64,000 nucleotides of DNA from Zancudomyces culisetae HAW-14-8 (lineage: Eukaryota; Fungi; Kickxellomycota): positions 248,001 to 312,000 of the forward strand of contig JBNJNM010000013.1 of assembly GCA_052426225.1 (NCBI GenBank), given 5' to 3'. Each line of letters opens with the position of its first letter. Within the stretch, counting starts at the first letter, position 1. The position numbers and the translations under genes were made by a program. Below are positions 12,901-22,800 of the stretch, one piece after another. The notes under the pieces were generated by a model. The model did not search any database. It worked only from the letters and a program-made list of their open reading frames with translations, and had not been told where the DNA came from.

Positions 12901-15270
12901 GATTCAGTTGGCGATTTTTCGTCATACAATAGATTTAAGAATGGATCAAGGTCCTTCTATGATCTGAGGTTGGCGAGAGATAAAAAAACCCGCTCCGAAT
13001 TTAATGCTAGTATTGCTTCCTCTGATACCAGGGGTCTTGGTGAAGTTTTTGGTTCAAAAGGCAGAGCCGATGATGGGCAAAAGTCTCTTTCTGAGATGTT
13101 GGCCGAAATTAAACAGCCTTTATCAAACTCAAAAAGCAGCGTTGAAGATGGCGAGCAAATCTCCGTTTTGTCCATTAAGAGCAAAGATAATGATGAGAAA
13201 CTATCGAACAGTTCTGGGACCATAAACGCCTCAAGTACTATTTTTTCCCCTTGTCCTGACAGCATAGCGTTGAAAGATATAGCCGAGGATACCAATAAAG
13301 CAAGTGAAAACGCGTTGAACTCAAACACGAAACCTGGACTCATGCAATATGATCCACATGAGAATGAACTCGGGTTGCCTAAAATGTTGAAGAGTAGACC
13401 ATCACCGAGAAAGACAAAAAATCTAGTGAGTGGAGCAAACCCATCCTCAAAGTATGCGAGACCGCCAGCTCATCCACAAATGCATACAGCACCAACTACA
13501 TCACACCGCATCACTAATAATGTAGTTTCAACTCAGAGCCAATCCTCATCAGTGGATGGCGAAGGCTCTCAAAAACGGATATTGGCTGGCGAAAAAATCA
13601 AAAACAAAAACGATTCCGTGAAGATAAACAAATACTCTAGAGGGTCGGTCAGGTCTATTGCATCTAACCTCGAGTCGGGTGTCAAAGATTCGAATGACGA
13701 AGCCAAGTATAACAGCCTTGATAAATCTTTATCAAAACGGTTTCTTCTTAAAAAAAAGTCCGAAAAAATTCAAGCTACCACAACAAATAAATATTCGGCG
13801 CGATCCACAAACAACGACAACTTACCAAAGTCGCATCTCTCTTCAAGTAAGCCAACAGCAGGAAAGAATGGCACTTCTGAGTTTGATAAAAAATACAGCC
13901 GCGACACTACCGTCAAAACTAAGAATACAAAAGTGAATAACGAGAGCAATAAGAAGAAAGTCGAGAATACCAAACCCAAAAAAACTGTAGCACATCGCGA
14001 AGGATACTGTTCAAAATGCGACAACTTAATTGTAGATACGTGGTTTGACTTGTTTGACGGAGCACAATTGCACCCGTCGTGCTTTACTTGCCTTGGGTGT
14101 AACAAACTTATAGATGATGGTGTGTACATGGTGGAGAACGACAGCGACTATTACCATCCATCTTGTGTTCCATATAACCCGCCAGTTGTAACTGTTGAAA
14201 ATCATGTCTCGTCTAATAACATTGTGAGTGGAACAAGTTCTATCTCCTCTTCAATATCCTCCACCAAGTCTAGCCAGGCCAGAAGTAAGAGGGGTTCACT
14301 CCTAAAAAAAGTTACAAGTATACTAAAAAGGGGCTCTGTAGGTGGTGAGAGCGGTAAAGCTCTTTCTAGAAGAAGTGAGGAAAATGGTTCTGAATACTTT
14401 GAATCTTCCAGAAGCAGGCTTGCACCGGGCAACGCATCAGATCAAGAACCTTTGGTCGATGGCTATGAAGTCATTGGTGAAGATGATGTGCTATTATGCG
14501 ATGGTTGCGAAAAAGCAATCGACGGGCCTCGTTTCAACTTGTCTACAGGTAAAAACTATCATCCAGAATGCTTCTACTGCGCTGGCTGCGAAGAAAAGTT
14601 TGATGAAGGATCTTATGTGTGTTTTGAGGGCTTGGAGTACCACCAGCACTGCGTCCCGCTGATTATTATGGCCGATTCTGCTGTTGGGTCTAAATCCTCT
14701 TTAAAGGCGTCCAACAATTCGCTTTCTAAATCCAATACTAACAATTCGTTGGCAGGTTCAAACAATAGAATAAAAAATAACAGCAACCCATCATTTGAAG
14801 CTAGCGTTAGAGAAAAGGATGCCTCCTACAATAAGAAAACGGCAACATCTGTATTTTCTTCATCTATGTCCTCTTTTTACAACTCGATTTCAGGTACGCG
14901 GAACAGCAAGGCGGAAAATTCCTTAGCTGAAAGGTTAGATTCTGATGGTTTTGACTCTACAACCTCTTCCTTCATTTCACGGTTTAACAAAGAGAAAGAG
15001 ACAAGGAACGCGAAGAGTAAACCCACCCAGAAATCAAAGAATTCTGGCGAAACCCCTACATCATCCAAGCAAAAGAATATCTACTGCTGTCATAGATGCC
15101 AAGCCGTAATTGTTGGCGTATTTGTCAATCTTGATAATCTGCGTTTTCATCCAAAGTGTTTTACATGTGTTGATTGTAACAAAGTAATTACCCCAAAGAT
15201 GCCATTTGGTGATTTGGGTGAGGGAAACCCTTGTTGTGAAAGCTGTATTTCCATCCGGTATCCTGAGTAA
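9970..15270 (+). CDS. Large LIM-domain protein (paxillin-like scaffold), 1766 aa, single exon
   Basis: N-terminal CxxC..CxxC ribbon, one half LIM and four LIM domains (e.g. CDGC..YHPECFYCAGC, CHRC..FHPKCFTCVDC) separated by long Ser-rich low-complexity linkers. Confidence 0.85.
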   Translation: MFCRNCGNIVRGEKCHKCGGKPVESIITSTAFAADKRDPWLTGYMEKKLVNDQQKMSRDVSPKEIKTRSISFTNDRNGGTGRSFKTQSTSFSFSSKNDDGGVLGKLQMSLKSPTPRKFSTSISDLTVKEKSSVPFPQIITPNEYTETSGSNRIGMLNSSGSTKKGSFHSIALSESEAKGRSMSSLTHDVFGMMPQSPIGIEHPRSASRLSQRSFSDTDPDSRPSSPVNSINLFRLKQSMNASGNDLTQIGGSRPPSRREGRTESFSEMMERIKGGHDPLVSSGGLRSRVGTTESKSRETVTPTGLSLRQNKASGVVGSTSVNSNKLKEIRKNLVEDFKQRIGMVPDETEKKNVSTQYEGVSREKKDIRMSLFQNNKSENTDRFNMKDTRDVEVVPRGNTLRVVSDFLETKSHEGVMGDVKRNDYVRTAVTSANIRPRNTEEKGVVGVATTAKAISTPEVLGGVAPGAPQVAEIANNQHHTKTGISSTGLASSVEHKSPMVKSHLRNSLLLQLEAMSQLKPCSVCQKKLKFQEQKEFASRPGVSFCSDCYNKEFTKGVCLGCNRIVLTHGRPWVGILSNVWHKLCMKCSVCGMLLSGSLYTVVGSKLFCDEHSNGGAATLMSTGLETKNVLHDNAIMNRDNGKERKPFEFTFKKSTDTPTLQSTESNITGTLEVTQPSLRNVLDISDKTVKGDVNKNTEPAELENRQIPACNDTQEGDNSSSELLERDQIQLQQTEPQIEPLDGNDVNDPIPEIVVEDDNNYETDDVTQYGSHSSTPTDEIKAIAQEVLDDSLKKELIDGADSGLGSDQPETELKKSSKTRLSMEFLERSHDNGILDSKSSLNRHESQFLSNNDILVYKTEAVVPNISSATLAGNAANGSLSKKIELLKEDTEVVNSLKHGLRAQLGSKGTNKPASRPNSILDLVNNIDLNSSISGGGSFFRSRNNINNGVDGLEFGDSFQKKADMFGENLVGSPNKPDSVGDFSSYNRFKNGSRSFYDLRLARDKKTRSEFNASIASSDTRGLGEVFGSKGRADDGQKSLSEMLAEIKQPLSNSKSSVEDGEQISVLSIKSKDNDEKLSNSSGTINASSTIFSPCPDSIALKDIAEDTNKASENALNSNTKPGLMQYDPHENELGLPKMLKSRPSPRKTKNLVSGANPSSKYARPPAHPQMHTAPTTSHRITNNVVSTQSQSSSVDGEGSQKRILAGEKIKNKNDSVKINKYSRGSVRSIASNLESGVKDSNDEAKYNSLDKSLSKRFLLKKKSEKIQATTTNKYSARSTNNDNLPKSHLSSSKPTAGKNGTSEFDKKYSRDTTVKTKNTKVNNESNKKKVENTKPKKTVAHREGYCSKCDNLIVDTWFDLFDGAQLHPSCFTCLGCNKLIDDGVYMVENDSDYYHPSCVPYNPPVVTVENHVSSNNIVSGTSSISSSISSTKSSQARSKRGSLLKKVTSILKRGSVGGESGKALSRRSEENGSEYFESSRSRLAPGNASDQEPLVDGYEVIGEDDVLLCDGCEKAIDGPRFNLSTGKNYHPECFYCAGCEEKFDEGSYVCFEGLEYHQHCVPLIIMADSAVGSKSSLKASNNSLSKSNTNNSLAGSNNRIKNNSNPSFEASVREKDASYNKKTATSVFSSSMSSFYNSISGTRNSKAENSLAERLDSDGFDSTTSSFISRFNKEKETRNAKSKPTQKSKNSGETPTSSKQKNIYCCHRCQAVIVGVFVNLDNLRFHPKCFTCVDCNKVITPKMPFGDLGEGNPCCESCISIRYPE

Positions 15271-15586
15271 CTCCTGTTACTATATATTTTTATGATAATT
15301 ATATTTTAAGTCATTTTTGGCACATTTTACAGCATATATTTATAATACGCCAGTTTTTCACGCTATAACAATCGAATTTAATAATTATCGATATATTCAT
15401 GAATATTCAATAAAAAAAACGCTAAAACATATGATGATAAACCTGGAAACCAGTAGATTAAGGTCAAAGGTTATTACGCCAACAATTCACTTTAATGTCA
15501 ATGTCATTTTGTAATTTATCTGTTAATGCAGTAGGTATAACCTTGTCAAGTCTTGAATGCTCTGAGATTAAAAATCGATGATTAAA

Positions 15587-16438
15587 TAAATCTAAACTAG
15601 TGCGGCATGGGAAAGAGCAATTCTGAAATGGCCGACACTGAAAACATGGATTGCAGATTTAATTTTAAACTCAATGTCAAACAGATCCAACACTTGGGTT
15701 ACGGGGACGAAAAAATGGATGAAAAAATATATTGGATCGGAGAAGGATAAAACAGCGAGAAGCGTACTATTAGAACGATACTCTCGTAATGACAAGTCTA
15801 AAATCTCGAGATGGTTATTAGACAGGAATCTCGAGGGAATGAGCAATTGGATTTACCTACAACTTATATATCCCGAGCATAAGCAGAGGCATATAGCGAT
15901 AGGGAGGATAAGAACAGGTAGGTTCTGGACAGCAGAGAGGCTGGCAAAGTTGGGGACAATAGATGAAAAGTTCAAGACCAGGTGCCCATTTTGTAAAAAA
16001 AACAGCGCAGAAACCATTGAGCACATGTTACTGGACTGTAAATACTGGACTGGAGTTAGGTATAAAACTCTGGAACGTATCCCAGATATGTCAATTATAG
16101 GAAGTGAGGAGAGAGGTAGTAGTGAAGGATGGCGGAATTTTTTTGTAGGGCGACTCCTTGGAGGGGAGTCAAAAAGAATGGTTACTCTCTCAGTTAAGAA
16201 GAGAGAAACCGAAGCACCGTCTTTGGATGAGCTGGTAACGGCACAATTTTTGGACGGAATATGTCGAACGAGGATGCAAATCTTAAACCGACTTAGATCA
16301 GAAACAACCTCATTGAACCAACGCCCGGTGGGTATGGAGTCCCTAGAGGGACGGAGGGGAATTGGTTAGGTAGATATTTTGTAGGATTATTTTTTGTAGT
16401 TTAATGTGATATTTACTTAGTAAATTGTCTAACAAAAA
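15587..16438 (+). mobile_element. 5'-truncated non-LTR (LINE) retrotransposon: 3' end of ORF2 plus 3' UTR
   Basis: C-terminal zinc finger CPFC..ETIEHMLLDC; near-identical to 61717-62578; ends in a short A run. Confidence 0.85.
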
Positions 16439-17637
16439 TTAATATGTAGTGATTATTTTAATACAACCTATTTCAATATGTAAACTAAAATATTTACACA
16501 TTAAAAACAGCTTATATAATGACAGTTGTAAAACATAAAGTATAAAGAATATTTTAATGAATTGAATTATAGAAATTAAAATACTAATGACATGCCAATT
16601 ATACATAGTCACGGTAACTTTGGATTTAATACTTTGGATATATATATTTTGCATAGTGGCAAACACTGAAAATTGATTTTACAAGTTAAAATATTAGTTA
16701 GTAATGACATAGCAATATATAACATCAGAAAATGTAGATACTTTTTACTAATAAATAAGCGAGTAATTTCATCATAAGCGTTATTTAATCAAATATCAAG
16801 TGAAATATTTCTACATTATGAATAATAGTAAAATGGCTAGACCCTTTTCGTGCGAATAATTACGATTAGTATAGAATCCTAATAACGAAATGAGGAAACT
16901 TAGGCAGGTATATAAACGATCTATAATGTTAAAATCGGATGATAGAATTATCTGAATAAAACGAGTGCAGGAGCAAAAAGAAACAAAATTCTATTCTTTA
17001 CATACTATAAAATACATATAACCAGCTTACGTCATATTGATTAACTATAGTCTAATCTTTGAAGGCACTCAATGAGGGATCTAAGTTTATAATTTAGACT
17101 TAATTTCATTATTGTGTATCGAGTTTAAAATGCTGTACTACAAAAATAATAGTGAAAATCTACACAAACTCTTAGTAACTACACTACAAATACCCGTTTA
17201 ATATTAAATAGATAATAATATTGAAATAAAAATAATACTCAAAATAGAAAAGTATTGAGACCATAACATTCAATAGTATTAACAATTTATTCAACTAGTA
17301 TCATATTTAAGATGGATTTATTCTTACAATTTCTATTTTAGCATAAAAAATATCATGTTAATACAGTAATATAGTGGTCGTTTATTGATATAACGAAAAA
17401 GCTGTATATCCCAATCCTAGCCATGGTTAGCATTAAAAATAGCAAATTATCAATTAGTCACAACATAATACAGAAAAAGAGAATTCAGAAAAGATCCAAG
17501 CTAAGCTGAGTTATAATCACATTCCTGATTAATAATACTTAATTCGGAGGAGTCCTATTACATCGACATATTTTTGAATGAAAGATTAAAGTATGTATAA
17601 TATGTAATAAATAATATTGTAGAATAAAGACTTCATA

Positions 17638-18441
17638 CTTTTTGCTAGCGAACCAGTTATGATTCATAGTTAAATAAAACAACCAATGTGCGCATGCGAA
17701 ATGAGTACTAAAAAACGATCTAGGATAGTAAGTGCATAGCAGAGCAAGTACAAATATAATGAACAAAAAATGGCGAAAAGCGATACCTTTAGGTCTCTTA
17801 ACAGAACATCTTTTCATAGACGTTTTATTTAATATTAAATACTTATAGCACTTTAGGACTATTAGTTTGTATAGTGTATATTAATAAATAACTATAAAAA
17901 TATGGTAAAAACATCATTTAACGGCAATCAAAAATAGTGAAGAATCCGAAATCCGAGTATAACTGACATAATCAGTGATATACCAAACTCTGTGATTGCA
18001 TTAGCCTAAAAATATATAGATCACTAATAAATTCTACTACATCTTAATAATATATAATAGATGTTATAATTAATCTAATATATTTTTCAGCTAATAATAA
18101 CTGAGTTAGGTATAGCAATGATGATCTCAGTTATACTCAGGCCTCGGATCACTTAACTAGTTCTGTTTGCCGATAGTGAATGTTTAAACCATTTAACTTA
18201 TTGAATATTAATAATAATCCTAATAAAACTATATTAGTTATTAAGTACTAATTGTATCTAATAAGTTTATAAACATATATCTAAAGTATAATATGTTAAG
18301 AAAGGCTAAAGATGCTATTTTCGTTGTCAGCTCTCGTTATATTCACTTTATCATCCTAGATCGTTATTATTATTGATCCTGTCTTGCGCTCATTGATGGT
18401 TTAAATTGTTAAGGAAAAGTAATTGATTCTCTAGCAAAAAG
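17638..18441. repeat. ~800-bp imperfect inverted repeat (arms ~17638-18045 and ~18055-18441)
   Basis: Colinear reverse-complement matches: CTTTTTGCTAG/CTAGCAAAAAG, AACGATCTAGGAT/ATCCTAGATCGTT, TCTTAACA/TGTTAAGA, GAGTATAACTGA/TCAGTTATACTC, ACATCT/AGATGT. Confidence 0.9.
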
Positions 18442-18469
18442 ATTGTACCAATATACTTTTTGAAATAAA

Positions 18470-18541
18470 AGGTCCTACCGAGAGTCGAACTCGGGCTACT
18501 GGATTCAAAGTCCAATGTCATGACCGTTAGACCATAGGACC
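18470..18541 (-). tRNA. tRNA-Gln(TTG), intronless
   Basis: GGTCCTATGGTCTAACGGTCATGACATTGGACTTTGAATCCAGTAGCCCGAGTTCGACTCTCGGTAGGACCT: 7-bp acceptor stem, CTTTGAA anticodon loop, TTCGA T loop, followed by T4 and T5 runs. Confidence 0.96.
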
Positions 18542-18550
18542 TGTGTCTTT

Positions 18551-18976
18551 TGTCGTATGAATATATAGATGATAATGTATAGTAGGTTAATCTACTGTAA
18601 ATCTCTATTATTCATACTGATTGTCTGATTGTTGCAGATGCTTGCACATCTGTTTTCACCATTGTGGTTTTCCTTTGTGCAGCAACAATCAGACAATGGT
18701 TTACTTTATTACTATTAGGATTTTATAATACTTTATATAACAAACTACTTAAATAGCGACGACAAGGTCTAAGGATACCTTGTACGGGATTTTATACTCT
18801 TTCTTCTAGCGTTTATTATACCAACGATAACTAAATAAAAGATTCATAACTACAGTTAACTAGTTATTTTAGGAAGGTCCTGGACCAATTTTAAACATTA
18901 AGTAATAGTGATTACAGCTTCGTCGTACTGTAATACACTCAATATTTTTATACAATATACAATTTTTCATACGACA
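18551..18976 (+). mobile_element. Solo LTR A (426 bp), TSD CTTT, related to the LTR of element I
   Basis: TGTCGTATGA...TCATACGACA terminal inverted repeat; CTTT on both sides; shares several sequence blocks with 42077-42476. Confidence 0.9.
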
Positions 18977-18982
18977 CTTTTG

Positions 18983-19820
18983 TGTCGCAATAAGCCGAAT
19001 TTCATTATAAACTCGAATAGTGTACGAGAAATTTCGCTGTACACTCATCGCGGGATGTCAATTTTTATAATTTTTATTGTCGTTTAAATTTTTTGTTTAA
19101 ATTAATTTCGACTCAGCATGAAATAAATTCTACATGCTGAGTCCATTCAATAATGATGATTCTAGTACGAAATATGTTTTCATACTGAACATCAAATAAT
19201 TTTAATGATTATGTGTTCCCACACATAATCGTAATTGCACGTATGCTGCAATTATGAAACAAAACTATTAGTATACTTAACAGAATGTTAATAGTGTATA
19301 ATTACTTTATTTTATTGGAAAACTAGTTTAGCATATAAGTTTAATCATATATATATGTGATATAGCAGTTTAGTAGAAAACTCATCCATGTCCTACTATA
19401 CGGATTAATTAATAAACTCGGTTTAAATAAAGATAATTCAAATCAACTTAAAGTAAAATAATCATAATGATTAACTATTTGTTTAACACAGGTGTGAGAG
19501 AGTCTAGGAGAGATTCGTCAACCACCTCCAACAGTACTAGGGGCAGTAGCATGGACCAGGATATCGGGACACTCAGTCCTCGAACCCTTGGGGAACTGAC
19601 GGAAAGCGTCCGACAGATCCAGATCCGTAGAAGCCCGGAAAGCATGTCGGTAGATACACCATCTCCGACGGGATATAGGGATAGTGTCTCATCCGAGAAC
19701 ATCCTAATGAACATTCAGTTACACAAGAGGAGTGTAACCGAGGCCACAGAACAAGCTTCCCCAAGCTTGGCACGTGGTGAGAGCGCGAGTGGGATTACCG
19801 AAAGATCCCACTCTGCGACA
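18983..19820. mobile_element. Solo LTR B (838 bp), TSD TTTG
   Basis: TGTCGCA...TGCGACA termini; TTTG at 18979-18982 and 19821-19824, the latter overlapping the TG of element C. Confidence 0.85.
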
Positions 19821-19822
19821 TT

Positions 19823-22800
19823 TGTTATATTTTTTATGTACTATCTGATCAGTACGTTTGAGTAGCCTGCTGTTTAATTCAGCTACTTCTGGTTCCGGTT
19901 GTGTAGCTAGTATCTCAACCGTGTATGCTTGTTTATGTTTTAATTATTATATTTATACTTAGATACTTATACTATTAATCTTGATTTGTTTATTTACGAT
20001 AGTGTTATTAGGTAATAAGAAAAACTAATAGTTATTGATTATGTAAAAAAAGTTAGATTCAAAAAACTAATTATATATGTTGTTTTTTCTCTGCACCTTT
20101 GTGCCATTTTTTGATATTAAATACTAAATAATTAAGAATAAAAATAAACTATTGATAGGTGTTCGATTGGATAAAAAAAACCTTTCGGAAAAAAATCCAA
20201 CACGAACATTTCGCTATATGACAGATACTCCCCCGTTTAAGGCCAGATGCCCTCATCGTTGATAACCTGTTTGAACCGCTGGAGACTTGATCTTAATGGT
20301 GTACTGACGTCTGGAATCATACCTTCTTTAAGATTGTATCGTTTTAATCGATCTCCATGAACTAGATCTCTGTTTCCTTCGTTGTCGCTTATTATATATG
20401 CTCCCTTGTCGAGTCGTCTTTCGATCTTATATGGGCCTTCCCATATGCGTTCCAGTTTCGGTCTATCAAATTCGACTTTTTTCAATACTAATTCACCTAT
20501 ATTAAAATTAATTTCTGTTACTTTTTTATTATATGTTACTTCATCATTGATTTTTGCATTTTTAATATTTTCTATAGCTAATTTTCTTAGCTCGGGAATA
20601 TTGTCATTAATAGCTTTTATCCGGTTTTGAATCTCTTCTTCGATGTTATCGACTTCTCCATTATACGTCCAAGTCGTGGGTGTATGGATCTGCGCTCCGT
20701 ATAATAGTTCAGATGGGCTATATTTTGTCGATTTATTGCGCATACTTCTTAAGACGAGCAGGGTTTTCCATAAGTATAAATCCCAATTTTTTTTGTCGTT
20801 TTTGCACTGTTTAATTAAAATATTAGTTAGAGTTTGGTTGAGTCTTTCAACCTGGCCGTTGCTCTGCGGCCTATACGCGGTCGTCGGAGTGTGTTTAATT
20901 CCAAGCCATTCGAATACATTCGTACTATTTTCCGATAAAAAACTCGTTCCTCTGTCCGAAATCAACTGTTGTGGGACACCGTATGCTGCTACTATATTAT
21001 TAATAATAAAATTAATTATGGTTTCACTAAGTAAGTTTGCAACTGGTGCTGCAATAGGGTATTTTGTGAAGTAATCTATAGCGGTTAAAATATATCTGTT
21101 TCCGCTTTCAGTAGTTGGTGCTATTGGTCCTATAGCGTCGATTCCAACTATGTCGAAGGGTTTTGTTGCCACTATCGGTACCAATCGATGTCTATTTTCT
21201 TTCGACCCTTTATAATATTGGCATACACTACAGTATGTCACTATCTTTTTTACATCGTTGTATAAGCCTGCTCCACAGTAATTACTCGAAACTCTGATCC
21301 ATGTATTCTCTACACCTTCGTGTGTTTCGTTATGTATTCTGGTTACCACTTCGTCAACATTTTGTTCATTTAGCACTGTCTTCAACTTTCCATTTACTTT
21401 TTTAATTAATATTCCATTTTGAATTATATAGTGTCTCGCTTTGTTTCTGAGTTTTTTTCTGAAATGTTCATCTGCATTTCTAGGATAACTCATATCTGTC
21501 AAGTATTGCCTTACTGCTTCGTGTTCCAAAAAGTCCATTGCCATAACATCGAGTACTGGTTCCTTGCTAATTTTGATCTCGCTTTGCTCTTCTACTAGCC
21601 GACTTAAACAGTCAGCAGGGTTTAATTTACCTGGTAAATGCTGAATTATGTAGTCGTAATTTCGGAGCAACATTGCCCATCTCGCTATCCTACCTGTTAT
21701 ATCTGGACTGTTAAATATTTGTATTAGTGATTTATGATCTGTTCTAATAATAAATTGCTTTCCCCAAACAAAATGTTTAAATTTTTTCACCGCCCAAATT
21801 ACTGCAAGCCCTTCTAGGTGGCTAATTGAATAATTTTTTTCGGCCTTGCTGATACTGCGACTTGCATATTCGATTGCTTTTTCTCCATCCTCGAATTCTT
21901 GTGATAGCACTGCGCCTATACCTAAAATTGAAGCGTCAGTTGTTATAATAAATGTTTTTTCCCAATTGGGGTAACTTAAAATTGGTGCTTGCGTCATTTC
22001 AAATTTTAATTTTTCAAGTGCATTAATTTGTTCTACACTCCACTCCCATTTCTTATCTTTTTTTAATAGTTTTGTTAGTGGTTGTGTTATCTTTGAATAA
22101 TTTTTGATAAATCTGCGATAATATCCTGTTAATCCCAAAATTGACTGAATTTCTTTAATATTATTGGGTGTTTTAATTTTTTGAATTAACAAAATTTTTT
22201 CATTACAAGTTCCAATTCCAAATTTCGAAATTTTATGACCTAAATTTGTTATTTCCTCCTTTCCAAAACTGCATTTATCTTCGTGAATTTGGATTTTGTT
22301 TAGCCTAAGTAAGTCAAATATTTCTTTTAAATTATTAATATGTTCTTCTTTACTACGTGAAAATATAATGATATCGTCAATAAATACGACAGCTTTTTTC
22401 CATAAAACGGGTGCGAGAGCTTTTTCCATGAGTCTTTGGAATGTTGCCGGACTATTTGTTAGTCCGAACGGCATTACATTGAACTCATAACATCCACTAC
22501 CTGGAATTGAGAAAGCAGTTTTTTCTTTATCGTCTGGTGCCATTTTGATCTGCCAGAAACCTGACATGGCATCGAGGCAACTGTAAATGGTTGATCCAGC
22601 TAGCGTGATGAACAAATCTTCGATTAGAGGTAGGGGGTAAACATCCTTTTTTGTGACTTTGTTTAATTGTCTGTAGTCGATACAAACTCTGATTTTTCCA
22701 TTTTTCTTAAAAACTACTACAACTGGGGCGCACCAGTTGGAGTTTGATGGCGATATGATTCCTTGCTTTTCCATATTTGCTAGTTCTTCTCTTACTATTG

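Noticed and set aside
16831-16851. KWLDPFR resembling an integrase GPF motif upstream of the hairpin
   Set aside because: Only seven codons with no flanking similarity; insufficient to call a pol remnant.
19467-19865. 132-aa Ser/Thr-rich ORF in LTR B
   Set aside because: Crosses the B/C junction, has no motif and is explained by the GC-rich hairpin region.
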